Shown one piece after another: positions 1 through 12,900 of a stretch of 64,000 bases of DNA. The notes beneath the pieces were generated by a model, which saw only the letters and a list, made by a program, of their open reading frames with translations, did no database searches and was not told where the DNA came from. A program made the translations under genes and the position numbers. How positions within the stretch are numbered: position 1 is the stretch's first letter; each line of letters opens with the position of its first letter. Source of the DNA: Hormiphora californensis (Eukaryota; Animalia; Ctenophora); assembly GCA_020137815.1 (NCBI GenBank), contig CM035352.1, forward strand, positions 6,572,001 to 6,636,000, given 5' to 3'.

Positions 1-3000
1 TTCCCTTATCAGTTGGTACAGCTGAGACGGAGTTAGCCAAACTCACAACTTGTGCGGAGTCTGTGAAAAGTCTGATGGGAGGGTCAAAAGATAGTTCCTG
101 GAGGAGGGCTTTAATCATAACTCCATATCCCAATCCTTCAGATACAGCATACAATTCTGCGGCAAAGACGCTCTTCACTACACGTTTTACCTTGCCACAC
201 GAGTAGGCGATCAAATTGAAATCAGAGCTGTCTCCCCAGAAAACTACAACTCCTGCTCCGCTCTTTCTGTCAGCTAGGTTGCCGAGACTGGCATCAGTGT
301 AAACAATTATCTCAGCTGTGGTAGGGTTAAAAGGGGAAAAGGTTATCGTTGAAGGAGAAAGGTTGGTCACAATCTTCTTCAGTTCTTTGAACTCTTTGCC
401 GGTCCAGGGTGATTTCGTCGTAATGTCAAGGAGACTGAAACTGATCTGTGGCATACTTTGGGTAGCCAGCCAGTTCAACTTTCCGATCACCGTTCTCATA
501 TAGGATTGAAGATTCTCATCAACCTCTTCTTGATTCTGTGGTACCGGTTTAACAGCTTTCATCTTGTCCAGGATATCCTCTCTGACAAACTTACAATACT
601 GTTCCTGGGTTACACAAATATCAATTCCTTGCTGTTTCAACTGCCATCCCAGGTAGTTGAATTCAGTTGTTTCAACTCTTCCTATCTTGTAGTTGTCAAG
701 AGCGGGTTTAACTTTCTTGTAGAAGTTGTGATCACCAGTAATAAGAATATCATCCACATGAATTACTAGTAATCCTTGTAGTTTCCCGTCATCTCCAGTG
801 GTGAAAAATACATTCTTGTCAATTCTTGACATCTGGAGAGTGTTTTTCAACGTTGCGGTGAGTGACATGTACCATCTTCTTCCCGCGTCACCAAGACCGT
901 ACAGTGGTTTATTTAGTTTCCACAGTACATCCTTCCTCTTGAGGTAAGCTGGGGGTTTGATGAACACATCTCTTGTCATCTTATCTGACTGCAGGTAGGC
1001 ACTGGTTACATCAACACTTTTCAGGGTCCAGTTACTGGTAGTTGCCAAACTTAGCAAGATCCTCACTGCGTGTTTAGTAACAGTCGGTGAGTTAGTCGGG
1101 TCCTCGAGTTTTTCCTCAAATCCTCGGGCCACCAGCCTGGCTTTCACTGTGCCATCATCTTTCCGTGTCATCACCCATCTGGTGGTGACTGGTTGTTGTC
1201 CTGTATCGGGTACTTCCTCGAAAACATTGAATTCACGGAGTTTGTCAATCTCCCTATTTCGTGCTGTCTGCACTTCTTCCTTGCCCAGTTTAGATGCGGC
1301 AAGAAGAATGACCTCCTCAGCATCAGAATCGGGATCTGAGTCCTCTGTGTCTTGATCTGGGGTCTTTGCTGCGTCCTCTGCGGGCTCTGCAGCATCCTCT
1401 TGTGGCGTTGATGTGTCCTCATTGGATCTGGCGCTGTCCTCTGTGGGATCTGGCTCTATGTCTCTCTGACCAGTTGTATCCTCAGTATCCGGGCTGGGTT
1501 CACTTTCAGGAACTCTCACAACAACAGGTCCACTTGTTGTGGCCTCATCCTCCTGCTGGTCCTCGGTTGGGACGGCTATCTCTGCATAAGTAGGTTCTCT
1601 GGGAACTTCTTCAATGTTACTCTCACTGTGTCCATCTTGTGGAGTGTCCTCTTCGGGATCTGTTTCACTAGGGATGAGTAGTTCATCTGCAGGATGCTCT
1701 GGTGGGGGGGTTTGTCGTCGGTTGTGCCGGAGATTGTATTTTCTGGTCGGTTCACGGACTGTCTTCTTTGGACGTCTGACTCTGCTAACCTTCGGTGGCT
1801 GCAATTTAGATTTCTCTATCGGTTCCGGGACATCTTCATCAGTCGTCACTTCCGGTGCAGTCTGCATCTCGGGGACGTGTCTCTTGGAACTTGATTCCTC
1901 GTTTCGTTTGTACTCCTCTTTCCGTTGTTGGTCCTCTGGGGTTTCTTGTCTTTGTTGTACCAGTCTCACTTTGCATGGGTGTGCTCTTAGTAGTTGCCCG
2001 CCGTGTTTAATCAGTACTTGGTTCTCAGTCATTCCAACTACAGTTGCAGGTCCCAACCAGGTCTTGTGTTGCTCACGTTTATAATACACCTTATCTCCCT
2101 GGACGTAGGTGGTCTGATCCTGTGTTGGTCCTGAACTTGCTAGAGCTCTCTTTAATCTGCTTGCATTCTCGAGTTGGATGAATTTCTCCCTGGCGGTCTT
2201 CATGGCTTTGATATTGTCTGAAATCACTTGGTCCTCACTCTTCTGGTCTCCATGGGCAGGTAAACAATCATCGTTCAGTACACTGGGGAAGGTAGGATTG
2301 CTCCCAAACACGAGTTGGTGTGGTGAGAATCCCATCTGGTTAGTCAACTGGTTCTTCGCATTCGAAGCCCAAGCACAAGCTACAGTTATACTGCACTTCG
2401 TGTCATCTTTGGTCTTCTCAACCATCTTTCCAAGAATACTGTTATGTCTCTCACAGATCCCATTGCACCAAGGACTTTCTGCTGGAGTAGAATTTAATTC
2501 GATTCCAAGTCTGCTCGCCATCTCAAGTAGGGTATCATTGATGAACTCGCCACCGTTGTCGCTGAGAATTCTCTGTGGACGTCCAAAAATGCTAATCCAG
2601 CTGGTGAAGAACTTCTGGGTGATCTCAGTTCCAGTTTTTGATTTCACGGGGACCATTACACTGTATCTGGTCAGTGTGTCAATGATGTGTAGTACCCAGC
2701 ATGATTCTCCAGACTTGAACTTCAGCATCTTGAGATCCATAGCGAGACATTCGTTGAATGTTTTGCTGAGAGGTAAAGCTACTTTCCTCCGTGGTTTGGA
2801 TGCACTGTGTTCGAGACAGTTTTCACATTCTTGTGTGACCCTGGTGAGTTCTTGACAAATCTCAGACTTTCGAGGGTGATCCGAGGATTTAACAATATCC
2901 TGGATCTTGGAGACTGAACCATGAGCAAAGTACTTGTGGAGTTTCTTGGCAATTGCTGGAGGAGAAATCTCTGAACAAGAATTTGTTAACAAAGTAGTGG

Positions 3001-4159
3001 GTGAAAGCTTCTTATTAAGGTCAATTGTTACATGTCCAGTGTCAGTAAGATGTAATGTAGTTGTCTTACCCGAGACACGGAGTTGATCCCTCTCAAAGTC
3101 AATCACTGCACCCATCTGACTCAGTAAGTGCCTGGATAGGAGAAGGGGAATGTTAATATCAAGAACATATACCGCAAACTCAGTAAACTTCACACCGAAA
3201 ATATCAGTTGGGATATAAGCAATCATAGTAGAGTTAACTCCTGATAAATCACCAAATGTAAATCTTCTCTGTTCACATGATTCTCTTCTCACTCGAATAC
3301 ACGACTCTTTCTCAAAATTCTTCAACCAATCACTGCCACACACACTCTTAGCGGCGCCAGTATCAAGCAACGCACGAAGTCCCACTTGCTCGGATAATGA
3401 CAAGACATAGTCCGTTTCAACGCTCATCTTGTACACTCCTGTGGCATCGCCACTCTGACCTCGTCGACCCCCAGATCCACGCTGACCACGTCCTCCACCA
3501 CGTTTACCCCGTACGGCACCACGCCGATTGTAACACTCAGAGGCAATGTGACCAGTCTTCTTACAATTGTAACAGACAACTAGAGTCAATGTTTCAGAGG
3601 TTTGATCGGTTTCAGCAGCTGAGGGTAGGGTCTCCCCATACGCCCTCTTCATCTGTGTGATCATGCATTCCAGACTGATTTCAACACAGGTAGCTCTGAG
3701 AAGTCGTTTCTGTTCATCGGAGATGTTAGATTGTTCCAAAAGTCTGTAGGCTAACACTTGTGATCCATAGAGTTTGTGATGGTCATCGACTCCAGCCTGC
3801 TGTCGGAGCTCCCCAAGTCGGGTGGAAAACTCTGATATAAAATCTGACATGTTCTGATTAGCTGGTCTGATAAAGTTCTCAAAAGCTTCAATGGCGGAAA
3901 AGAGTGAAACAGTTTTGTCTCTGCCGAACACTTTCTCGATGGCATCGAGGAGGATTTTAACACCGTTCTCAGACTTGAGCTGCTCGGTGGGTACGCCTAG
4001 GGCTACTTCCTTAGCACGTCCCCTCATTTGGAGAGCTAACCGGGCCGCCTGTTTCTCCTTGGGGCAGCCAGTACCTAACAGCCAGATGTCGACCTCACGG
4101 CGATAAGTCTCAAAGTTCGTTTTGTTATCAAAGACCGGGGCATGAATGTCGGATGGCAT
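1..4159 (-). CDS. Ty1/copia (GalEa-like) gag-pol polyprotein, single ORF, truncated by the window edge in RNase H
   Basis: Hand translation from ATG 4159 (MPSDIHAPVFDNK) gives, in order: CCHC knuckle CYNCKKTGHIASEC, protease LLDTGA, integrase (zinc finger LHKYFAH..CENC, core SDNGGEF..CERHN, WLGPATV), RT (KARLVARGFEE, LYGLGDAG, VIHVDD) and RNase H (YTDAS..AAE). Integrase before RT is the copia order. The RT segment is in frame with the ATG; the ORF is probably missing from the track because it has no stop in the window. Confidence 0.95.
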   Translation of the reverse strand, partial: MPSDIHAPVFDNKTNFETYRREVDIWLLGTGCPKEKQAARLALQMRGRAKEVALGVPTEQLKSENGVKILLDAIEKVFGRDKTVSLFSAIEAFENFIRPANQNMSDFISEFSTRLGELRQQAGVDDHHKLYGSQVLAYRLLEQSNISDEQKRLLRATCVEISLECMITQMKRAYGETLPSAAETDQTSETLTLVVCYNCKKTGHIASECYNRRGAVRGKRGGGRGQRGSGGRRGQSGDATGVYKMSVETDYVLSLSEQVGLRALLDTGAAKSVCGSDWLKNFEKESCIRVRRESCEQRRFTFGDLSGVNSTMIAYIPTDIFGVKFTEFAVYVLDINIPLLLSRHLLSQMGAVIDFERDQLRVSGKTTTLHLTDTGHVTIDLNKKLSPTTLLTNSCSEISPPAIAKKLHKYFAHGSVSKIQDIVKSSDHPRKSEICQELTRVTQECENCLEHSASKPRRKVALPLSKTFNECLAMDLKMLKFKSGESCWVLHIIDTLTRYSVMVPVKSKTGTEITQKFFTSWISIFGRPQRILSDNGGEFINDTLLEMASRLGIELNSTPAESPWCNGICERHNSILGKMVEKTKDDTKCSITVACAWASNAKNQLTNQMGFSPHQLVFGSNPTFPSVLNDDCLPAHGDQKSEDQVISDNIKAMKTAREKFIQLENASRLKRALASSGPTQDQTTYVQGDKVYYKREQHKTWLGPATVVGMTENQVLIKHGGQLLRAHPCKVRLVQQRQETPEDQQRKEEYKRNEESSSKRHVPEMQTAPEVTTDEDVPEPIEKSKLQPPKVSRVRRPKKTVREPTRKYNLRHNRRQTPPPEHPADELLIPSETDPEEDTPQDGHSESNIEEVPREPTYAEIAVPTEDQQEDEATTSGPVVVRVPESEPSPDTEDTTGQRDIEPDPTEDSARSNEDTSTPQEDAAEPAEDAAKTPDQDTEDSDPDSDAEEVILLAASKLGKEEVQTARNREIDKLREFNVFEEVPDTGQQPVTTRWVMTRKDDGTVKARLVARGFEEKLEDPTNSPTVTKHAVRILLSLATTSNWTLKSVDVTSAYLQSDKMTRDVFIKPPAYLKRKDVLWKLNKPLYGLGDAGRRWYMSLTATLKNTLQMSRIDKNVFFTTGDDGKLQGLLVIHVDDILITGDHNFYKKVKPALDNYKIGRVETTEFNYLGWQLKQQGIDICVTQEQYCKFVREDILDKMKAVKPVPQNQEEVDENLQSYMRTVIGKLNWLATQSMPQISFSLLDITTKSPWTGKEFKELKKIVTNLSPSTITFSPFNPTTAEIIVYTDASLGNLADRKSGAGVVVFWGDSSDFNLIAYSCGKVKRVVKSVFAAELYAVSEGLGYGVMIKALLQELSFDPPIRLFTDSAQVVSLANSVSAVPTDKG

Positions 4160-4185
4160 GATGTCGTCAGCTTCACTGCTACCAC

Positions 4186-4449
4186 TGTCTATATGATGTT
4201 GGGAAGGTGGACGAATGGAAACACGGTAGATAACGGGTGGTTAACAAAATAGACGGATCAGGTAGTACAACGTTAAGGTAGTTCGATATTGGGAATCTGA
4301 CAAAGTGCTTGTCACCTCAAAACTCATTCGATCTTCACAAGAAGCACGTGCGCGCACTTGAAAGGTGCATTTCAAGTGCGTGCACAAAAGTGTCACATAC
4401 TAATGATCAGTTCGCGCGTTACGTCCGGTAGGCGGTAACAACTGCGACA
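4186..4449 (-). mobile_element. 5' LTR (~264 bp) of the copia element, followed by a tRNA-Met-type primer binding site
   Basis: Minus strand begins TGTCGCAG (4449) and ends TAGACA (4186), giving TGTC...GACA inverted ends. PBS TGGTAGCAG at 4184-4176. The partner LTR is outside the window, so the outer boundary is inferred. Confidence 0.7.
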
Positions 4450-4816
4450 GTGTGTGTCCCACAGAACAATACACTCAATCTCATGACACACAGCTCATGA
4501 CACCCTTTTCGTGCGCGGAATGTTTTTGCGCGTCACATCACATGTTAACGTGTGGTGTGCGCGTCAAAATTGATAAATTTCACATGTGCGGTCATTTTGG
4601 GGTGACAGTTTCAAAAAATCCGACTTTAGGCTTAAATACACTTATTTTCGATCTTCTAAGTCAAACAAGAAGATTTTGAAACTTTTGGAGACAAAATTTT
4701 TTTAAATTTTTTTGGCAGTTTCACTCGAAATTCAAAACAGGGTGCGCGTCGCAATGCCAAAATGCGCGTCGCATGCGCGTCGCATTGTGCGCGTCTCAAC
4801 ACAGTGTCTCGCCTCC

Positions 4817-5283
4817 ATGGCGGCGCATTGACGCAAAATCAAAAAAAATAAAAACATGAAAAAAATAAAAAAACGTGTTTCAAAAAACATGTTTTTAAAA
4901 AAAAATGTTTTCGAAAATTTTGATTTTGCGTCAATGCGCCACGTAAGCCGGCTCAATGACGCAAAATCATGTTTTCAAAAATTTTTATTTTGCGTCAATG
5001 CGCCACGTGGCCGGCGCATTGACGCAAAATCAAAATTTTCAGAAAAAAAAACATGTTTTCGAAAATGTTGATTTTGCGTCATTGAGCCGGCGACGTGGCG
5101 CATTGACACAAAATCAAAATGTTCGAAAAATGATTTTGCGTCATTGAGCCGGCTTACGTGGCGCATTGACGCAAAATCAAAATTTTCGAAAACATATTTT
5201 TTTAAAAACATGTTTTTTGAAACACGTTTTTTATTTTTTTTAACGTTTTTTACTTTTTTGATTTTGCGTCAATGCGCCGCCAT
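4817..5283. mobile_element. Fold-back MITE-like element, copy 1
   Basis: ATGGCGGCGCATTGACGCAAAATC ... GATTTTGCGTCAATGCGCCGCCAT; near-complete palindrome with internal nested copies of the GCGCATTGACGCAAAATCAAAA unit. Confidence 0.8.
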
Positions 5284-5380
5284 ACTGCAGCCCCCTCATG
5301 CGCGCAACGTATGCCAAGGAACACGTGTGCGGGTGTACCATAGGTATATTGTGTTAGGACACGGAGAAAAGAGGTAGAGT

Positions 5381-5936
5381 ATGGCGGCGCATTACCGCAA
5401 AATCAAAACATAAAAAATATTTTAAAAAAATAAAAAAACGTGTTTTAAAATACATGAAAAAATAAAGAAACACGGTTTTTTTTAAAATATCTTTTTTGAA
5501 AATATATTTTTTTTAAAAAATATGAAAACAGTTTTCGAAAATTTTGATTTTGCGTCAATGCGCCACGTGGCCGGCTCAATGACGCACACACGTTGTGTGC
5601 TGCGGCGAAAAATATATTTTTACCAACCCTAACCAGACCCTAACGATAGCCCTAACATCTCTCGACCGTCAAAATTGATGAATTGTTAGCAATGAAAGGT
5701 ACCCAGATTTTATAGTGCGTGCGTCATTGAGCCGGCCACGTGGCGCATTCACGCAAAATCAAAATTTTCGAAAATTGTTTTCAAATTTTTTAAAAACTTA
5801 TGTTTTCAAAAAAGATATTTTTAAAAAAACCATGTTTCTTTTCTTTTTTCATGTATTTTATTAGTATTATTTTATATTTTGTAACACGTTTTATATATTT
5901 TTTAAATGTTTTGGTTTTGCGGTAATGCGCCGCCAT
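5381..5936. mobile_element. Fold-back MITE-like element, copy 2, with telomere-like motifs in the spacer
   Basis: Same termini (ATGGCGGCGCATTACCGCAAAA / TTTTGCGGTAATGCGCCGCCAT), ~200-bp arms, CCCTAA-like motifs at about 5625-5657. Confidence 0.8.
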
Positions 5937-6039
5937 AGTAGAGACACAATAAAGAATGGCTGCATAATTCACCACTCCTGGTACACCACGCACGTCCCTA
6001 GCGATTATAAAAGTCAACACAGAATAAATTACGTCAGTC

Positions 6040-6228
6040 TGAAATCAACTTCTTAGTGCCCCTCAATGCTACTAAGGTTGATCTTAACAGGCTAAATCTG
6101 AGCTTTTGTCTTATAAAAGACATCGTCTCACTGAGTCCTTCTTGGTGCTTGGAGCAGATTTTGTGTCCAACGCATTCCAGAACTCGTTTAACCTCTGGTG
6201 CGAAGCCTCCTGAAGTAGCAAACACAAG
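6040..6228 (-). pseudogene. Relic C-terminus of a CRE-like (RLE-type) non-LTR retrotransposon ORF
   Basis: FATSGGFAPEVKRVL...SETMSFIRQKLRFSLLRSTLVALRG resembles the conserved tail after the restriction-like endonuclease of CRE-clade elements (recalled motif). Confidence 0.7.
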
Positions 6229-6965
6229 TCGAAAAAGTAAAAACTTTTAAGAACTCCTGTCAGATCTCATCTTGCCAATCCGTTTCCTGGGAACACCTGG
6301 CCAAAGGACATCAAGATGTCCATACTGACCAAGTTTCATATCGATTGGATAAGATTTAGGGTGGCTACGGTGAAAAATGTCGTATGTTTTGAAAGTCTTA
6401 ACTTTTCCGACACGATTTAGGACCCTTAAACATTGAGTTATGGGAAATCACAGTATATTAAAATGAAGTTCAACCGATTTTCTTTATTAGTTTGGATTTA
6501 GATCCGTCTTCAGGGTTTCAGAAGCGTCTGAAAAATGTTAGTTTGTTCACCCCGTCACCCCGTGATATCACTGCTGATAAGGATCAGATCAAAAATCTTA
6601 TCCCGTACTAACATCCGCGTTGGGGCTCGGTTCGCCAAAGTACCAGTGTATAAATTTTCAAGACTCCAGCTCAAAAACTGTGGAAGGAGTTTGAAAAAAA
6701 AAATTGGGACTATTTTTTCTTTTGAACTTAATTATGGTTAAAAGTGGCATTAAGTAAAGTCCATTTTTATTCAACTGTTCACCCTCCAACTCGTGCGCGT
6801 GCGATATTTTAATTTACGCTGCGCGCGCTACACGTTAACATGTGATAGACGCGCAAAAAAATTCCGCGCACGACTTTGGGGGGTGAACAGTTGAAAAAAA
6901 ATGGAGTATAATTATTTAAACCATATTTTCTTGTACCTAGGTCTATAATGTAAATTGGATAAACA

Positions 6966-9900
6966 ATGACAAGTTTGTTACTGCTGGTACTGAACATTCT
7001 TACACTCGCATCCACTGCAGGTAAGATACGGAAAACTTTAAAATCTGGGTGCCTTTCATTGCTAATAATTCGTAGTATGACATTTTGGTATGGTAAACCT
7101 GTAGACGGACCTTTTTTGTCACGTTATTGCCAGGGGCAATGGTGTAGCAACTAGAGCCGTGCACACAGTTACGAACTGCTCCTTCATAAACCACTTCATT
7201 GGCACGTTTTAAGGAAATGTGTGGCACGCAATGTAGCGGCGTGGCACACAATTTAGTGCTACTAAAACACAAGGATTTGCTCTATACTGTTTGTGTCATA
7301 TATAAATGATCGAAATTTTGTGTCCCGCTTGCTGCTACAGCGAATTCCCTTTCTTCATAGATTGACACGGCAGGGAAATTCAGCGATGCAGTAATGATCA
7401 CATTGCATAATTACAGTTTGGAGGAAAGCAACATGCTCAATGGATAACCCAACCATCGACCCAGTGCCATGGGATCTAGCGGCGGTACCTCTCCGCTTCA
7501 GCACAGATGGATCTTCCTACCGCATGAACGCATACTTCTATAAGTCAGACGGCACAGTGTTAGGTTTGTGATTTAAACTAATTCAAGATTTGCAGAAATT
7601 AGCGAACATTACCAACATTATTATTGTTGTACAGTGTTAGGTTTGTGATTTAAGGCCAGAGGGGGTGTCGACGGGTCTAAAAAGTTAATTTTGAGGTTTG
7701 GTCCGGCTCGTAGAGCCGGACCAGATGGAATAGTCGGAATCGTTTTAGCACGCACCGTTAAGGAGAAATTTGAGGTTAACTTTTGTCCCAAAAGTCCAAG
7801 TTAACCTCAATAATTCACAGAAGGGATGACTTGAGACAGCAGAAACGGTTCAAAAAGTTAAGGTTGAGCTAACCTTAGCAGTTCACAAAATATCGGAGGT
7901 TAACACATTTCCCGAAAAGAAGCCTTTTAGTCAATATCTCCGAACAATTTTTTCCCACTTTTTCCTACTTCCCTTCCATTCAATTAAAGACGGCTAGGAG
8001 TTCAGAGTTGGGCATTGAAATTTGGCAGGCATGATCCTGAGATGATCGTGTTGAAATTAGATGTAGCGATTTTTGATTTAGGCCCTGGTTCCAAAGTTAT
8101 TGTGGTTAACATCCAACCAATTCAAACTACCAAAATGTTAACCTCAATAACTTTGGAACCAGGGCCTAAATCAAAAATCGCTACATCAGATTTCAGCACG
8201 ATCATCTCAGGATCATGTCTGCCAAATTTCAAGGCCCAACTCCTAGCCGTCATTAAATTAATGGAAGGGAAGTAGGAAAAAGTGGGAAAAGTTGTTCTGT
8301 GTTAACCTCCGATATTTTGTGAACCGCTAGGGTCAGCTCAATGAAATTTTACAGTGACACCCTCCTTGGTGAGATTTAACTTTTTGCACCGTTTTTGCTG
8401 TCTCAAGTAATCCCTTCTGTGAATCATTGAGGTTAACTTGGACTTTTGGGACAAAAGTTAACCTCAAATTTCTCCTTAACGGTACACACTAAAACGATTC
8501 CAACTATTCCATCTGGTCCGACTCTTCAAGCCGGACCAAACCTCAAAAGTGACTTTTTAGACCCGTCGACCCCCCCCCCCCCCTCTGGCCTTAAACTACA
8601 GTCGGACCCCGATTTAACGGCACCCTCGGGGGAAAGGGTTTTGTCCGTTAAATCGGGGTGTCCGCTAAATCGGGGCCAAATACTGTTAATTTCCTATATC
8701 GGGGGAAGATTATGCTGCCGTTAAATCGGGGTGCCGCTAAATCGGGGGCCGTTAAATCGGGGTCCGACTGTATTTCAAGATTTGCGGAAATTAACGAACA
8801 TTAACAACATTATTATTGTTGTACTAAAATTCAAAAGTTCGCGTTTAAATCAAAATGTGCAATTTTCAACAATCAAACATCATACTATTTAGGTACCCTC
8901 AATATCAACAATAACGATAATTCTTACTACCTGGCATTTTGTACTGATGAACAGCCCGAGTGGTCTGACCCGAGTGGAGCACTTACCAGGGATGCATACA
9001 AAGACACGCCAAGCAGCGCCTCAGGACTGGATGGTAACTGGACTATGACCATGTCAGGTAGTTCCCCGCCCTAGATTACATGACTTTCAATGACCGAAAA
9101 GGACGGGTAATATCCTGTCACATGTCTATCTAAAATCGTTCATAACGTCCATAATTCTTCTTTTCTACAGATGTGGGGATAGTGGTAGAGTTTGCTGACG
9201 AGATATTGTTTGATCACAAGTATAATAAGAGTCCTTCCAAAGCTGTCAGTTGTAAGCAGCAGTGGTACGGAAAAGTAGCGTTTGTAGATTTCTGTGGAGA
9301 TGGCGCTGCCAACTATTACCTGCCAGGTCAGTAAGAAGTGGGTTTGGTTATGAAGGCTTCCCTCCCGGTGGGGCAATAGGACGTGTTTAAGCTCGGGGGG
9401 ATCTGGGTGCTGATTTCTAACAAAATTGTTCGGTAAATGGTATGCTTATGATGCATCTTTTTATAGGTTGCGATCCTATTGTGAACGCTGTTAATACGGT
9501 GGAGACTGCCCTATCCGAAGAAGAGACGATAATCTGTAATGATGGATATGTAAGGATTGGACCATCCGCCATGACCTGCCAAGTGAACGGAGCTTGGAAC
9601 GAGCCCACCCCAACAAAGTGCCAGCAACTGAGTAAGGGTAAGTTCTCAACTTATTCTGTCAGCCGATGCCACTAACTGATAACGCATTCAATGTATTGAA
9701 CCATGCCACCGCCCCAGTAAACATCAGACATCTCTATCCACCTTGATCTATCCTCACTATCAACATCTATTGCATGCCTGCAAAACGTTTCCTTCAAAGC
9801 GGCACATTTTTATTGAGCAGTGAGGGAACTACCCAGGGTTCCAATCTGGCCTCTCCATGGTATTTATCAGTCTGCGACACCTTATAGCCGTCGTTTCAGA

Positions 9901-12900
9901 GGCTGATTGTTCTCAGATATTTTTTGCCGATTATGGGGCTTCCGTGGGTAAAATCCTTGCTCTTCGAAAATGGTGGGACATAATGTCCCGGACATTCTTT
10001 GCGAGACCGGACCTGGGCTAGATTACTTTCCAAACAGAATTGATTAATTAAATCAGTGCTCATCGTTACACTAATGGTGAACACCATGAAACGAACTAAC
10101 GGCAACTACTTATAGGGTATTTCTAAGGTGATGTGGCGATGTGCCCCGCACCCCCCCTTTTTGGGCCTAGGGCACTTGTCAGTGCTATGATAAGCAATGC
10201 AGTAATGATCACATTGCATAATTACAGTTTGGAGGAAAGCAACATGCTCAATGGATAACCCAACCATCGACCCAGTGCCATGGGATCTAGCGGCGGTACC
10301 TCTCCGCTTCAGCACAGATGGATCTTCCTACAGCATGAACACATACTTCTATAAGTCAGACGGCACAGTGTTAGGTTTGTGATTTAAACTAATTCAAGAT
10401 TTGCAGAAATTAGCGAACATTACCAACATTATTATTGTTGTACTAAAATTCAAAAGTTCGCGTTTAAATCAAAATATGAAATTTTCAACAATCAAACATC
10501 ATACTTGTTTTTAGGTACCCTCAATATCAACAATAACGATAATTCTTACTACCTGGCATTTTGTACTGATGAACAGCCCGAGTGGTCTGACCCGAGTGGA
10601 GCACTTACCAGGGATGCATACAAAGATACGCCAAGCAGCGCCTCAGGACTGCGTGGTACCTGGACTATAACCATGTCAGGTAGCTCCCCGCCCTAGATTA
10701 CATGACTTTCAATGATCGAACAGGACGGGTAATATCCTGTCACATGTCTATCTAAAATCGTTCATATAACGTCCATACTTCTTCTTTTCTACAGATGTGG
10801 GGATAGTGGTAGAGTTTGCTGACGATATATTGATTGATCACAAGTATAATAAGAGTCCTTCCAAAGCTGTCAGTTGTAAGCAGCAGTGGTACGGAAAAGT
10901 AGCGTTTGTAGATTTCTGTGGAGATGGCGCTGCCAACTATTACCTGCCAGGTCAGTAAGAAGTGGGTTTGGTTATGAAGGCGTCCCTCCCGGTGGGGCAA
11001 TAGGACGTGTTTACTCGGGGGGATGTCTGGGTGCTGATTTCTAACGAAATTGATCGGCAAATGGTTATGATGCATCTTTTTATAGGTTGCGGTCCTATTG
11101 TGAACGCTGTTAATACGGTGGAGACTGCCCTATCCGAAGAAGAGACGATAATCTGTAATGATGGATATGGAAGGATTGGACCATCCGCCATGACCTGCCA
11201 AGTGAATGGAGCTTGGAACGAGCCCACCCCAACAAAGTGCCAGCAACTGAGTAAGCTAAAAAGAATGCCACCCTGAATGGTTGATCTATTAATATTGTGC
11301 TATTGTGCTCGTAATAAATTTGGATGAGATGGTGGAGGCTGGTGGGGTAGTATATCTGTTTGGTTACGAAGTCACCCCTATTATTGCATATAGGGGTGAC
11401 AATACCGCCTACCTAAAAATGAAAATTTACGGGACCTTCTCATAAAAAGTTATCGAAAACTTGTCTAAAACCTATCTAAAACGTATGGTACTAGTTTGTA
11501 TAGTAACCAGGACCTGAATTCTACAGAAAGTAACGACCGGTAGCGATTACACCGCATGTTTAACAACAGAGGTGTGTCGCATAACTCCTTATATGGGCAT
11601 AAAATTCCAATCTTGTGGAATTTTTTCTGACTCGACTATAGCTTAGTTATCAATGAATCCACCTCTAATACCTTTGGAATGGCATTTTGCACATTTCTGA
11701 AGGTTTTTGTAGCCAAATTCCAGCATCTTCATAGTTTTCCAAAAACAAAAACAGTGTTAATGGCCAAAATATCGAAAAATTCCGGTATGTAATGGTAGCT
11801 CAGACAATTTCCTCGGTATGTTCAAAAAATTAGAACTTTCTGTTTTGTAGTTTGGACACAGGAATTTTTTTCCCGCCGTACAAGCGATATTATTACCCCT
11901 CCGTGAGCTAGCGCAGAGGGGGAATTTCATTACCAATATATCTGTTTGGTTTCATTATTCACACCAATGGTGTTGGCGGATGTGACATGACATCGAATAA
12001 GCCGACGTCTTCAATATCATGTCACACCCGCCAACACTATTGCCCTAGTAAACGCGTGTACGCCGTTAGTTGCATAAACGACGTCGTTTTACTCCGTTAA
12101 CGGAGTCAAACGACCTCGTTTATGCAACTAACGCATTCAAAACTTGATAAAATTCTTTATTTTCAGGTTATAGCTGGACCTGTAGCTCCAATCCATCTGA
12201 CGCAGTCGCCTGGCAGTCCCAGTTTGGATTAGACTGCGATCTGAAGCTCAATGGTGCCTCATGCGATGGGTGCAGTGGCGATATTTGCGCCTACTGCCCA
12301 GATGAATTCATCTTTGAAGCCTGCCTGGCGAGTGATTGTTCTATCAAAGTCCCACTTAGTACCACGAAAAAATCTTCCCTAAACGTCCATCTTCCTGTTG
12401 GGGATCCAGATAATGGTTTTTCAATCACAATTTCTGTTACGATGCAAATATTAGATAAGGTTTACACATCCACCAGTTTTGGTGTAATCTCCCGGCAGTA
12501 CTCTGGAGCACAGCCCTCTTTGAGTTCAATTGAAACGCAAATGGATAATGGGGGCAGCTTCAAGGGGCTCCAGACTCTTCTTGCTTTTGTATCCTCCGTC
12601 AGTAACTTGAATGGCTTAGAAAAAAGAATTTTGGACATACTTGAGGGAGTTTCTCTCTCCAATAAGTACTCCTCCATCCAAATCTTATCGGTCTTGGACG
12701 AACTTTCTACAAAATCAGTAGTTGATACAGTCCATGATCGAGTTCTCCATCTTGCCGTTTCAGCATATAATGCGTGCAGTTCCAATTCGCCAGCTCACTA
12801 TGTTGGCTGTAAAACTCTAATGTCAGACACAATTTGGAATATGTGGAATCAAAGTATCATCTCGTGTGTCAGGAACGGGAGGCGTACTGAATGCCGAAGT

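Noticed and set aside
318-4106. Plus-strand and short ORFs over the copia element
   Set aside because: Antisense or off-frame shadows of the gag-pol ORF.
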